Below, one piece after another: positions 11,806 through 22,063 of a stretch of 51,872 nt of DNA. The notes beneath the pieces are model-generated. The model made no database searches, was not told the DNA's origin, and worked only from the letters and a program-made list of their open reading frames with translations. This stretch comes from Nemertoderma westbladi (taxonomy: Eukaryota > Animalia > Xenacoelomorpha). Every line of letters starts with the position of its first letter. Positions within the stretch are counted from its first letter, which is position 1. Made by a program: the position numbers and the translations under genes. The DNA lies in the NCBI GenBank assembly GCA_032718475.1, contig JAUCBJ010001343.1:1-51872 (forward strand). Reading direction: 5' to 3'.

Positions 11806-14800
11806 TGTGGCAATAGCGACTATGGTACCAGTACCGGCACTATATACTTTCACTTTCATGACGACCGAGAGTCTGACTGTGTCTGTCATCAGTAGATACT
11901 TAGGATATCAGTACCGACTGTCCTATCTACCGGTACAGCAGTACTATGTTTGGACCTAGATCCGTGTAGCCCAGTAGGCTACCTTTATTCGATATATACA
12001 TTATATATTATTATACTTATCTGCTCCGGCATTACATGTTTCGACTTTACAACATTGCCTGCACGGCGTCCCGTTAACAGGTATGCGGGACCGAGAGTAG
12101 ATTCCCCCACATACATGGCGCAGTGAGTTTACCGTCACCTGTGACAGGGAGAAACCTCTACGGGATCTCCAACACTACTAATTTGTTTCCTACGTATTTG
12201 ATAATTTGGGCCCATGCCGCCTAAATCTAAAGGGAAGCAAAAACCCACGTCACCGCCCACGGCGGACAGCAGTAGCAGCGACGGCGACGAAACTATAGAA
12301 GCCCGAGGCGGCAGTCACACTCCTATCCGGATGGACGACCTCGCGCGTATTCTCGCCCAACAACAGACTGCTATGGCTCAGCTGCTGGCGCAACAGCAGG
12401 AAGATGCCAACCGTCGCCAGGCGGCCGCGGACGACCGCATCGCTCAACTCCTCGCGGCTTTACAACCCGGCGTGGCGGCGGCCGCCGCACCGGGACCGCC
12501 GGCGACCCAACCCACATACGCGGGAGCCGCTACGAACCCAGCTCCACGACGCCGGGTTATCGACATCTCCGCCATGGAGAAGATCGACGCGGACGTCGAC
12601 TTCTCCTCGTTCCGCCGGTGGAGACAGGCGTGGAGGGTCCACGCCCACCGGCAGCAGGTCGCCACGTTCCCCAGGGCGGAGCAGGTTTACGCTCTCGTCG
12701 CCGCCCTGGGCAGCGACCTCCAGGAGACCATCCGCGTCACCCTCCAGGTTGACATCGACTCGGACGAGACGACCCCGGAGACGATCCTCGACGCTCTCCA
12801 GGCCCACCTCCGCTCCAAACGGAGCATCGCGATCGACGCCATCAAGTTTCACGAGCGCCGCCAAGGTGGGAACGAGGGGTTCGACTCCTTCAGGGTGGCC
12901 CTGGAGGACCTCGCGGACACCGCCGAACTCTGCGGCCACTGCCGGGACCGGCAGATCGTTACCCAAATCCTCGTGGGTGTGCGGTGCTCGGAGACCCGCA
13001 CCGAGCTGCTCAAGGTGCTCCCGCAGCCAACCCTCGAGGACTGCGTGCGGATCGCGCAGAGTGTGGAGGCCAGCGAGAGGAACGACTCCATTCTGGCGAG
13101 CGGGAAACCGATCCACAAACTCTCCTCCTACAAACGCGAACGTTCGGTTTCCCGAACCCCGGCGGCCTCCCGCACCGCGGCGGGTTCTCGCTACTCGTCC
13201 CCCGACCCTTCCCGTCGAACCAATGCATCCAACAGTTGCGGCAACTGTGGGCGAAACCACGACAAGGGGAAGGACTGCCCCGCCAAGGGTATCACGTGCC
13301 ACGCCTGCGGCAAGACGGGGCACTTCAAGTCGGTGTGCCGGTCCAAACCCGCACCCAAATCGTCGAAGGTTTCGACGATCTTCCGACAACGGAGCGTCCA
13401 CAGCTCGGACAAAGACCGGACCAGCTGCGACCTAAACTACATCTCTGTCGATGTAACAAACTCGAGGACCAACCGGTTTATGGGACGGGCCCGCCACTCC
13501 CTCCCGGATAGCGGAGCGGCTGCCTCTGTCCTCAACGAGAAACTCTTCCTTCAACTCGGGGGTCGCCATGCCGACCTCCTCCCGCTACGGGAAGACGACA
13601 AGTTCGAGGCGGCGAACCGGCTCCCCATGGCGGCCGTGGGGCGGTTCCCGGTGGAGCTCGAATACTTCGGGGCGAAGGCGATCACCGAACTGGTTATCTC
13701 CCCGGAGTCCGACGGTTTAATCCTCTCCAAGAGGACCATCCAGGACCTCGACATCCTCCCGCGGAACTTCCCGGCTCCCCTCCGCAGCCGAGGAACCGTC
13801 GCCTCCGTCGCTCCATCCCCGGCGACCCGCTCCCGGGACGACTACCTCCGCGAGTTCGACGACGTCTTCGACGACGACTCCGCCCCGCTCCCGATGATGC
13901 ACGGCCCGCCCATGCACATCCTGCTGAAAGACGGGGCGACGCCGTTCCACGTCAACGGCGCGCGACCCATCCCGTTCGCGATGCGGGACGAGGTAAAGGG
14001 TCTCCTCGACAACCTGGAACGGAGGGAAGTCATCGCCCGGGTCGACGAGCCAACAGACTGGGCCCACCCGATGACAGTGGCGAGAAAACCGGGGGGTAAA
14101 CTGCGACTTTGCGTCGACCTCCGCCACTTAAACTCGCAGGTGCGACGTCCCTACTATCCCACCCCGAGTCCACGGTCGGCGGTGGCCGGAGTTTCTTCCA
14201 CCGCCCAGGTTTTCTCGGTGTTTGACGCCGCCAGTGGCTACTGGCAGGTTCCCCTGGACGAGGAGTCACAACTCCTCACAACCTTCGCGACTCCCTGGGG
14301 CCGGTACCGTCACACCCGCAGCGTCATGGGGCTCATCTCGTCCGGAGATGAGTTTAACCGGCGGGGCGACGACGCACTCCAGGGACTCCCCAACCTCATC
14401 AAGGTTGTAGACGACGTGCTCCTCTACAACGACACCATGGAGGAGCACCTGGCCAACGTCGGCCGGTTTATGGAGCGGTGCCGGACCCACGGCATTACGC
14501 TGCACCCTGGGAAGGTGCAGTTCGCCCAGGCCGAGGTTCGGTTCGCTGGGTACCTCGTCGGCGCCTCCGGTATCAAGGCCGACCCGGAGAAACTGAAGGC
14601 GATCGCCGCCTTCCCCCGCCCAGGGAACATCACTGACCTCCGCAGCTTCGTGGGACTCGTGGAGCAACTCGCTCCGTTCTCCGGCAACATCGCCGCCGCC
14701 ATATCTCCGCTCCGCCCCCTCCTCAGTACGAAGGCGACCTTCACCTGGACGGGGGACCACGAACGGGCCTTCGAGGCCACTAAACTGGCGCTCACAACCC

Positions 14801-17005
14801 CACCGACCCTCGCCCCGTTCGACACGACCCGGGAGACCCGCCTCGTTACCGACGCCTCCCGGCTGAAGGGCCTCGGATACGCCCTCCTCCAGCGGTACGG
14901 GGAGGATTGGAGGCTGATCGAGTGCGGCTCGAGGTTCACCACCGACACGGAGTCCAGGTACGCCATGGTGGAACTCGAGCTCCTCGCCGTCGTATGGGCC
15001 GTCCAGAAGTGCCGGCTGTATCTTCTCGGCCTCCCCCACTTCAACTTGATTGTCGACCACCAACCGCTCGTCACAATCATTGACAAGTATACGGTGGACG
15101 CCACAGACAACACCCGCCTCCAACGCCTCAAGACTAAACTGGCCCCGTACCAGTTTACCACCACGTGGACCAAGGGGAAGGACCACGCCATCGCCGATGC
15201 GTTGTCCCGCGCCCCGGTCAATGACCCCACACCCGATGACATCGTCGACGATGGGGACATGGCGACCTACATCAGGGCAGTCACCCGCCAGTCCGCCGCC
15301 GACATAACCGGCTCCGACTCCGCCCACCTCGCGGATCCCGTCCTCGAGGAACTCGCCCGAGTGGCTCGGGACGACCCGGACTATAAAGCCCTACTCGCGG
15401 CCATTGAGTCGGGCTTCCCGGAATCCGGCCGGAAGGAACCGGCTGTCAACATATACTGGTCCGCCCGGGACCAGTTAACTACGGACGGGGACCTGGCCTT
15501 ATTCGGCCACCGTATTGTGGTCCCCACAGGGTCCCGGAAATCCACCCTCGCACGCCTACACGCGGCACACCAGGGGGTGGAAAAAACGCTACGTCGCGCC
15601 CGGCAGTGTGTATACTGGCCGGGCATCACCAACGACATCCGGACGTCCGTGGGCGCCTGCAGCGTGTGTCTGGCCTGTCGGTCAAGTCAGACCAAGGAAC
15701 CATTTCTGACGGAGCCCCCACCAACTCGCCCGTTTGAAGATATCTCGGGAGATTTCTTCTCACTCGACGGGAAACATTTCCTCGCCACCGCAGACAGATA
15801 TTCCGGATGGCCGGAAATCTACAGTTTCTCCGCCCCACCCACCGCTGCCCGGACAACCACCGCCCTGCGTGACTGGTTCGTCCGCTACGGGGTACCAACC
15901 CGCTTCCGGTCGGACGGCGGAACCCAGTTCACAGCAGCAGAGCTGACCAGCTTCCTAAAAGACTGGGGGGTCACACCGGTCACATCGTCGCCAGAATACC
16001 CCCAGAGTAACGGGCACGCTGAATCAGCAGTGAAGGCCCTCAAGCGCCTACTGGAGAAGACTGGGGGGTCAACGACCTCCGCCGCGTTTCAGGAGGGGCT
16101 CCTGGAACTCCGAAACAGCCCCAGGGAGAGCGGCTTCTCCCCAGCGGACATCGTGTTCGGCCATCCTATGAGGTCGCGCGTTCCGGCCCACCACAGCGCC
16201 TTCGCTCGGACACTCCAGGAGACCCGGACGGAGCTAGACCGAGTGGCGCCGGCATTAAAATCAACCAGGACCGCCCAATACAACCGCGGAGCGAAGGCCC
16301 TGGAACCATTCGCGGTGGGCACCAGGGTCCGGGTTCAACACCCGACCAATAAACGGTGGGAGCGCGCCTAGCACCATCGTTGAGTCCGGTAAACACCGGA
16401 AGTATACTGTCCGGATGCCTTCCGGACGCACACTCATCCGGAACCGACGCCTACTTATTCCGGACACCGCCCTCCAGGAGACACCCACGGACCTACCAAC
16501 CCCGGACGTGACACCCACAGCCCCCAAACTCGTACGCTGGCGTGAACCCCTCATCGAAACTCAACAATTTGAGAAACTTTCAGTTTCCAAATACCCGAGG
16601 CGGGTACGTCAGCCACCCGACCGACTCTGACATGAATTTTGATGAACGAATTTTAGCTCGGCACCGCCTCAGACGGCTAACCCGAGCTCGAAAGGGGGTG
16701 TGGCAATAGCGACTATGGTACCAGTACCGGCACTATATACTTTCACTTTCATGACGACCGAGAGTCTGACTGTGTCTGTCATCTGTAGATACTTAGGATA
16801 TCAGTACCGACTGTCCTATCTACCGGTACAGCAGTACTATGTTTGGACCTAGATCCGTGTAGCCCAGTAGGCTACCTTTATTCAATATATTCATTATATA
16901 TTATTATACTTATCTGCTCCGGCATATGTTCCGACGTTACAACATTGCCTGCACGGCGTCCCGTTAACAGGTATGCGGGACCGAGAGTAGATTCCCCCAC
17001 ATACA
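11806..17005 (+). mobile_element. Near-intact Gypsy/Ty3 LTR retrotransposon (Mag-like) in GPCR intron 2
   Basis: LTRs 11806-12115 and 16699-17005 (TG...CA, few differences). 5-bp TSD ATTAC at 11801-11805 and 17006-17010. PBS TGGCGCAGTGAG at 12116 (tRNA-Ser-like). PPT GAAAGGGGG at 16690-16698. Confidence 0.97.
12214..16371 (+). CDS. Gag-Pol polyprotein (Gag, two Zn knuckles, protease, RT, RNase H, integrase); C-terminal tail continues in the +1 frame to 16630
   Basis: CGNCGRNH...C and CHACGKTGHFKSVC; protease DSGA; RT LCVDLR, FDAASGYWQV, VVDD; RNase H TDAS...ELE...DH...DALSR; integrase H-H-C-C, SDGG, SNGHAE. PR-RT-RH-IN order indicates Gypsy. Confidence 0.96.
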   Translation: MPPKSKGKQKPTSPPTADSSSSDGDETIEARGGSHTPIRMDDLARILAQQQTAMAQLLAQQQEDANRRQAAADDRIAQLLAALQPGVAAAAAPGPPATQPTYAGAATNPAPRRRVIDISAMEKIDADVDFSSFRRWRQAWRVHAHRQQVATFPRAEQVYALVAALGSDLQETIRVTLQVDIDSDETTPETILDALQAHLRSKRSIAIDAIKFHERRQGGNEGFDSFRVALEDLADTAELCGHCRDRQIVTQILVGVRCSETRTELLKVLPQPTLEDCVRIAQSVEASERNDSILASGKPIHKLSSYKRERSVSRTPAASRTAAGSRYSSPDPSRRTNASNSCGNCGRNHDKGKDCPAKGITCHACGKTGHFKSVCRSKPAPKSSKVSTIFRQRSVHSSDKDRTSCDLNYISVDVTNSRTNRFMGRARHSLPDSGAAASVLNEKLFLQLGGRHADLLPLREDDKFEAANRLPMAAVGRFPVELEYFGAKAITELVISPESDGLILSKRTIQDLDILPRNFPAPLRSRGTVASVAPSPATRSRDDYLREFDDVFDDDSAPLPMMHGPPMHILLKDGATPFHVNGARPIPFAMRDEVKGLLDNLERREVIARVDEPTDWAHPMTVARKPGGKLRLCVDLRHLNSQVRRPYYPTPSPRSAVAGVSSTAQVFSVFDAASGYWQVPLDEESQLLTTFATPWGRYRHTRSVMGLISSGDEFNRRGDDALQGLPNLIKVVDDVLLYNDTMEEHLANVGRFMERCRTHGITLHPGKVQFAQAEVRFAGYLVGASGIKADPEKLKAIAAFPRPGNITDLRSFVGLVEQLAPFSGNIAAAISPLRPLLSTKATFTWTGDHERAFEATKLALTTPPTLAPFDTTRETRLVTDASRLKGLGYALLQRYGEDWRLIECGSRFTTDTESRYAMVELELLAVVWAVQKCRLYLLGLPHFNLIVDHQPLVTIIDKYTVDATDNTRLQRLKTKLAPYQFTTTWTKGKDHAIADALSRAPVNDPTPDDIVDDGDMATYIRAVTRQSAADITGSDSAHLADPVLEELARVARDDPDYKALLAAIESGFPESGRKEPAVNIYWSARDQLTTDGDLALFGHRIVVPTGSRKSTLARLHAAHQGVEKTLRRARQCVYWPGITNDIRTSVGACSVCLACRSSQTKEPFLTEPPPTRPFEDISGDFFSLDGKHFLATADRYSGWPEIYSFSAPPTAARTTTALRDWFVRYGVPTRFRSDGGTQFTAAELTSFLKDWGVTPVTSSPEYPQSNGHAESAVKALKRLLEKTGGSTTSAAFQEGLLELRNSPRESGFSPADIVFGHPMRSRVPAHHSAFARTLQETRTELDRVAPALKSTRTAQYNRGAKALEPFAVGTRVRVQHPTNKRWERA

Positions 17006-17080
17006 ATTACTATATCCCGTTGAAGATCAATATTTATGAGAGATGAATTAATTAACTATGGGAACTGGTTTTTTCCGCAG

Positions 17081-17384
17081 GTATTTCAAATCAGAGTCAA
17101 CGAATATCATTTACGTTTCCTATCGAACTGCTATAGCAGTGATTATACCGTTTGTTGCTATGGTAGTGTTCTATGGTAGCATCGTCTATAAGCTGATGTC
17201 CCCTGCTGCAGTGAGCAGTAGCATTGAAAAAGAACAGGCCAAGAAACGACTTATAAGGATGTTAATTGTTATGGTGGTTCTTTACTTTATTTGTGTGGCT
17301 CCCTTCAATCTGGTTCACCTGGTTCGAGCGATAAACCCGAGTCTGTTTCACAACGTCCCAGTCTGGGTGGATATCCTGTTGCTG
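17081..17384 (+). CDS. GPCR exon 3 (TM5, ICL3, TM6, ECL3)
   Basis: Acceptor TTTTCCGCAG|G at 17080 completes the phase-2 codon AAG. TM5 VIIPFVAMVVFY, KKRLIRMLIVMV, TM6 YFICVAPF. Donor CTG|GTGAGT, phase 0. Confidence 0.9.
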
Positions 17385-18000
17385 GTGAGTTTATATTGTA
17401 TCTGCGTAATAGATAGTTGCATAATTAATTATTGTATGAAAGCAGAACTGTGCTGAGTTTATTTATTTTTATTTTAAGTTTTCTCATTTTGATTGAATTT
17501 CATTTACATATATTTTAAATTTTATATATTTCATTTGTATTTATTTATTTTAATTTTTTCGTTTTCGTTTTCTTTATTTTTATTTTTATTTACATTTATA
17601 TTTATTTTCTGTTGTTATAATTTTCATGCATTTTTATTTTATTTTAAATTACAACATTATAGTTGAACTGAAAGTTTATATATGGAATATGAAAGCAACT
17701 TTAGAATATTGTAATCGATTTTTCGCGCCTCCATAGGCAAAACAACCAAAAAATACGATCCCTCGTGATTTTAATTTAGAATGCAATAATTACAACATAA
17801 TTATTCCCTTCCCCTCCCCTAACCTCAATATCCCCTTGCCATCTACACCCAATATACCACGGCCATCCCAAACCGGTGACCTATTAATCACCTATATAAA
17901 CCCCTCCAAGTTAAGCTCTTTGCAATATTACCAACATCCCTTCTGGTAAACCACCCCCCAATAATTAAGCTTCCGCTGTGTAATGCCTCATTCTTTCATT

Positions 18001-18257
18001 GTCGCAGTGTCCGAGTGGATACGGCGCCTGAACTGCTTATACAATATTGCTTGGTGGCGCAGTGTCGAATCCGACTAAAGGCTGTAGAAATTTCGCACTG
18101 TTGTGTGTCCCTTGGCAAGACACTCACGCAACGTCAACCCAGCGTTATAATGGGAACCTGGCTTGCTGGGGTAATGATAATAAAAGCGCTTTGAGTTTGC
18201 TGAGCGTAGAAAAGCGCTATATAATAAATAAGCAATATTATTATTATTATTATTATT
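18001..18257 (+). mobile_element. tRNA-derived SINE with L2-like 3' tail
   Basis: A-box-like GTGTCCGAGTGG; B-box-like GTCGAATCC; body TGTGTCCCTTGGCAAGACACT...CAACCCAG; tail AAGCGCTTTGAG...GAAAAGCGCTATATAA followed by (ATT)n. Confidence 0.8.
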
Positions 18258-19203
18258 CTACGTAAGTAACCTTTGGACAGGAAAGTTCCTTTAGCAGGTG
18301 ATAATTAGGGGTCAATTCCACAATGACCCTTAGGCCTTGTACAGTAGATGGCAGTCATTGGCAGTCAATCTTAGTTCTGTTTCTCTGTAACGGACCTGCC
18401 TACACTGCTCCACTATCTCGTTACCTCGCCTGGTAACGCCGTGGTGTTTGGATGTGTGTGGATAAGATTCCCGCTGAAAGATTCCCGCTGAGAACTGAGC
18501 TTTGGCCGACCAGCCCTGGCACGCTTGCGCACTCTGCCCGCTGGCTACTCGGTCGCACGCCTGTTTGGATCCAGACGGTGACCTGATGTTTTGCACTATT
18601 GCCAAGTTCCAATAGAATGAAGCCGCACCATATTTTCCATATTAGACTATTTTCCACAAAATAGACTTATTAGACCCCTTTGTATATTTTTTCAGAGTAT
18701 TTTAGCATTAAGACACGACTAAAATACTGTATTTTATGCACTATTTTCGGTTACAATTATTTGGATTGTATTATTTTTTGAGGCCATACTTTGGATCCTA
18801 ACGGACCCAAAGTACCCCTGACCCGGTTTCTCTTTCCCCCCCCGCCCCCTGACATATATTTAATTAGTTATTATCTACTGTACGTAATTACGGTGCCTTA
18901 ATCATTCGTCAGGACTTACTGGTACTCCTTATTGACGGTACATTGCTGTGCTTTTACGTGTTTACATATACAGTAATACTTATATATCTATCCATTGATA
19001 AAAGCCTGTAGGCCGAAATATTTGGTATAACTTTAAATTTGTGTCACCTGAAAAATATGAAACTCCCCCACCACATTATGATTACCCCAGTGACCTGGGC
19101 ACGGAACTACCTTATTAGTTTCTCTTTTTCCCTCTTCCAGAGGTTTTTCAATGGTGTTATGTAGATTACACTATTTTTATACAAAAGGAAGCAATATAAC
19201 ATC

Positions 19204-20392
19204 GGGTGTTTGAAAAAGGTGGACTGGACACAGAAAACATGGACAACGGACAGACCAATCCGAAACGTATTATAAAAAGCAGTTTGTAGCAATTGGTCTG
19301 TCCACCTTTTTAAAGTTTTCGCTTTCTTAGTTACATAATTGGGAATAAGATGTGTGTTTGAAAAAGGTGGACTGGACACATGCACAAAAAACATAGATAA
19401 TAGTCTGACCAATCAGAAGACGTATTAAAGCAATGCTATTTATTAGTGATTGGACTGTCCACAGGTCACAGTCCACAGTGTCCTGGGCGTATCTACCCCC
19501 CCCCCCCCCCCCCCCGCGCGGATTGCCCCCCTATAGACTTACAGCATAATAATAGTAGGTCTAGCGTACCGTACAGCACTTTAACTTGGATTTATTGGTT
19601 TATTTTTGTGGGTGGGTTAGTTGGTCAGGCCCAAACCCTAATTAAAACTGTCATTAGTAACCCTATAACATTAAAGTCCAGATGCTCTAATCTATGAAAT
19701 TTTGTGGAATTTAGGATCCGAAATATTTAAGTGGTTTAAATATTTAAGGGGTTACAATTCGTTACATGACAGTTTTAATGAAGGTTTTGGGCCTCCATTT
19801 CCACTTTGAATTAGGGCTTCGGACCGCCACTCCCAAAATATGGGGACTTATTTACCTCCCTCGCTGCGCTCGGTCGTTTAATAACAGATCTCGGGATGAA
19901 CGGTAAATAAAGCATATTATATTTCCCTCTCAGTACAATAGGTAGTTATTATAATTAACTTTATACTGTAATGAGTTAGAATATTGACGTTACAATATTG
20001 ATGCTAAGGCTAAGGCTAAGGCTAAGGCTAAGGCTAAGGCTAAGGCTAAGGCTCAGCTCACAGACTTCGTGGCTCGCCCCATATTATTGAACTAGGCCTA
20101 TTTCGACAACTTCGGTTGGTCACAGTAAGTATGGGATAATAATAACAATAATAATCCATAAAAACCTTCTGAAATTTTTTGAAAAACGTGGACATAGCTG
20201 CTATAATGTGCAAATCAATCTGATTGGTCAATTTATTGCCTGTTCTTTCTCAACCCAGTCCACCTTATTCAAATTTGAAAAAGGTGGACAAAAAGCTGAA
20301 AAAGGTGGATATGCTGTGTGACGCAAATCGCCCGTGATTGGTCTGTCCATTGTCCATGTTTTCTGTGTCCAGTCCACCTTTTTCAAACACCC
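19204..20392. repeat. Inverted ~57-bp repeats about 1.1 kb apart, with additional partial copies; probable non-autonomous DNA element(s)
   Basis: GGGTGTTTGAAAAAGGTGGACTGGACACAGAAAACATGGACAA.GGACAGACCAATC at 19204-19260, its reverse complement at 20336-20392, and a direct partial copy near 19353. A smaller inverted pair lies near 19631-19654 and 19765-19791. Confidence 0.75.
20003..20053. repeat. (GCTAAG)n hexamer repeat, about 8 copies
   Basis: Read directly from the sequence. Confidence 0.95.
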
Positions 20393-20802
20393 ATATAACA
20401 TCTGGAGAAAACAGAAATCACTGTATTTTAGTACTATCTTGAAAGTGTTGTGGATGTGCATAAATAACAAGTCATTGAAGGACTGTGTATTATTGCGAGC
20501 TATTTCCAAGTCAGTCTTGTTACCGAGAAACCAAAACAATAAGGAAAGTTTATTAGCACTTTTGGAACTTTTTAGAGATACAACGCCGTTTTAGGAGCTT
20601 ATCGTGCCAGAGGCACGAGAAATCCATTACAAATATAAGTGAAACAATATACTTAATGAAACTATAAATTGTTAATTCAATAGTGCATGAAGTTTTTTTA
20701 GTAAAAAGGTATTAAAATTAAAATTACGCATAGGCCTATTTACTTTTTAACTAACACACCCATAGATAGTGATTAATAGCATTGCTACGTTCACCCTTTC
20801 AG

Positions 20803-20991
20803 GTACTGCTTCATTCCAACGCTTGGGTCAACCCCATCTGTTATGGTTTCTGTAACGCGAACTTTCGCAGGGAATACGCCCGGATACTAACCCCATGTCA
20901 GCGTCGTGGTGGGGATGGTGATTTATCTGGAGCTACGCGATCAACCACGGGGGGTCCCATATCGATGTCAAAGCTTCAAACAAAGAAATAA
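20803..20991 (+). CDS. GPCR exon 4 (TM7, helix 8, C-tail)
   Basis: Acceptor CCCTTTCAG|GTA at 20802. VLLHSNAWVNPICY (NPxxY), then FCNANFRREY, a Cys and a Ser/Thr-rich tail, ending TAA. The four exons sum to 1227 nt (408 aa plus stop). Confidence 0.9.
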   Translation, partial: VLLHSNAWVNPICYGFCNANFRREYARILTPCQRRGGDGDLSGATRSTTGGPISMSKLQTKK

Positions 20992-21149
20992 CACGATCAT
21001 TCGATAGTGTCCGGAGTGTCCCCATGAACTAACGACACATTGCATTGTTATAGAAACCTTACCTTTCGTTTACTTAGTTTTATGTACAAACTTTACTTAT
21101 ATGTTTATAACCATCGTCACCGTACAACCCGCATGTAGTCATCCAGGGT

Positions 21150-21300
21150 GCAGGTTGTGAAGGTGGCTAGAGCGTTGGTCTTCCCACTGGAAAGTCGTGA
21201 GTTCGAGCCCCAGAAAAGAACAGCCCAGTGTTAACTTTCAGTTAGCAGAGAGGAAACTTCAGGTTGCATCCGGTGGTTCGTGGTAACACAGGTTCACCGA
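21150..21300 (+). mobile_element. Possible tRNA-derived SINE-like head
   Basis: GGTGGCTAGAGCG A-box-like and GAGTTCGAGCCC B-box-like motifs at tRNA-like spacing. Confidence 0.35.
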
Positions 21301-21499
21301 TCGCTAGATTCCATTATCCTCCTATGGATGTATCTTTTTAAGGCCTGGACACCTTATGAGTCTGAAGTTTCCCTCGCCAAGGATTAAACTTGGAGAGGGA
21401 TGTCATCAACACTGTTGATGCTACTATTACTCGGGATTGCAGCTGAATTTTAGCTGCGTTATATTTCTATTATATATAATTATATAAATTAAGAAAACT

Positions 21500-21612
21500 G
21501 TGACGCCTGTTGACAAAATTGTCTTCCCATCACCAATGGAATTTGCAAGATCTTCCCTATCTTCAAGGCCAGTATCCTTTACGAGCGTCTTAAGATTGAT
21601 TGTCCTATACAA
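21500..21612 (-). pseudogene. Short RTE 3' fragment
   Basis: LVKDTGLEDREDLANSIGD parallels ILKDTGLKDADDLANVMGD at the end of the 5413-6606 ORF. Confidence 0.65.
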
Positions 21613-22063
21613 TTTTACTGATTTTTCGATTATTAGCAACATCATAAGCATTACTTCCCCTGGATAAAGTAAACGAATGTTGCTGACTGTATGTTGATGA
21701 GCCCATGTTGCATCCCCCTACATCATAGCGCGCCAATGGAACATACCTTCTCCTCTAACCATCGGCAATCATCCCAGGCATGGAAATCGATCAACTTGTT
21801 TCTGGGCGGAAAAGCCAACCAATCACCAAGGTTAAGGAAGAATCACCAGCCGATCGCCTCAGTGGTTGGAAGGCCCACTTTGAAAAGCTCCTCAATAATG
21901 ACAGAGTATTGCCCGATAACTTTATAGAAGTAAAAGTGTCTGAGTTTATACTCCCACATATTCTCATTGGCGATATCTCCTTTGCTGAAGTGAAGGCTGC
22001 TGGATAGAGCATTAAGATCAATCTTTAAATTACCTTAGTTTTTGAAGCACATTTTATCCCTTC

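Noticed and set aside
12250-16554. Many long overlapping and antisense ORFs within the young Gypsy (e.g. 12404-13435, 14266-15327)
   Set aside because: Expected shadow ORFs of a GC-rich coding sequence; no motifs.
18001-18075. Functional tRNA gene
   Set aside because: No cloverleaf, and it continues into a SINE body and tail.
20003-20053. Possible interstitial telomeric repeat
   Set aside because: The unit is TTAGCC on the minus strand, not TTAGGG or TTAGGC; treated as a plain microsatellite.
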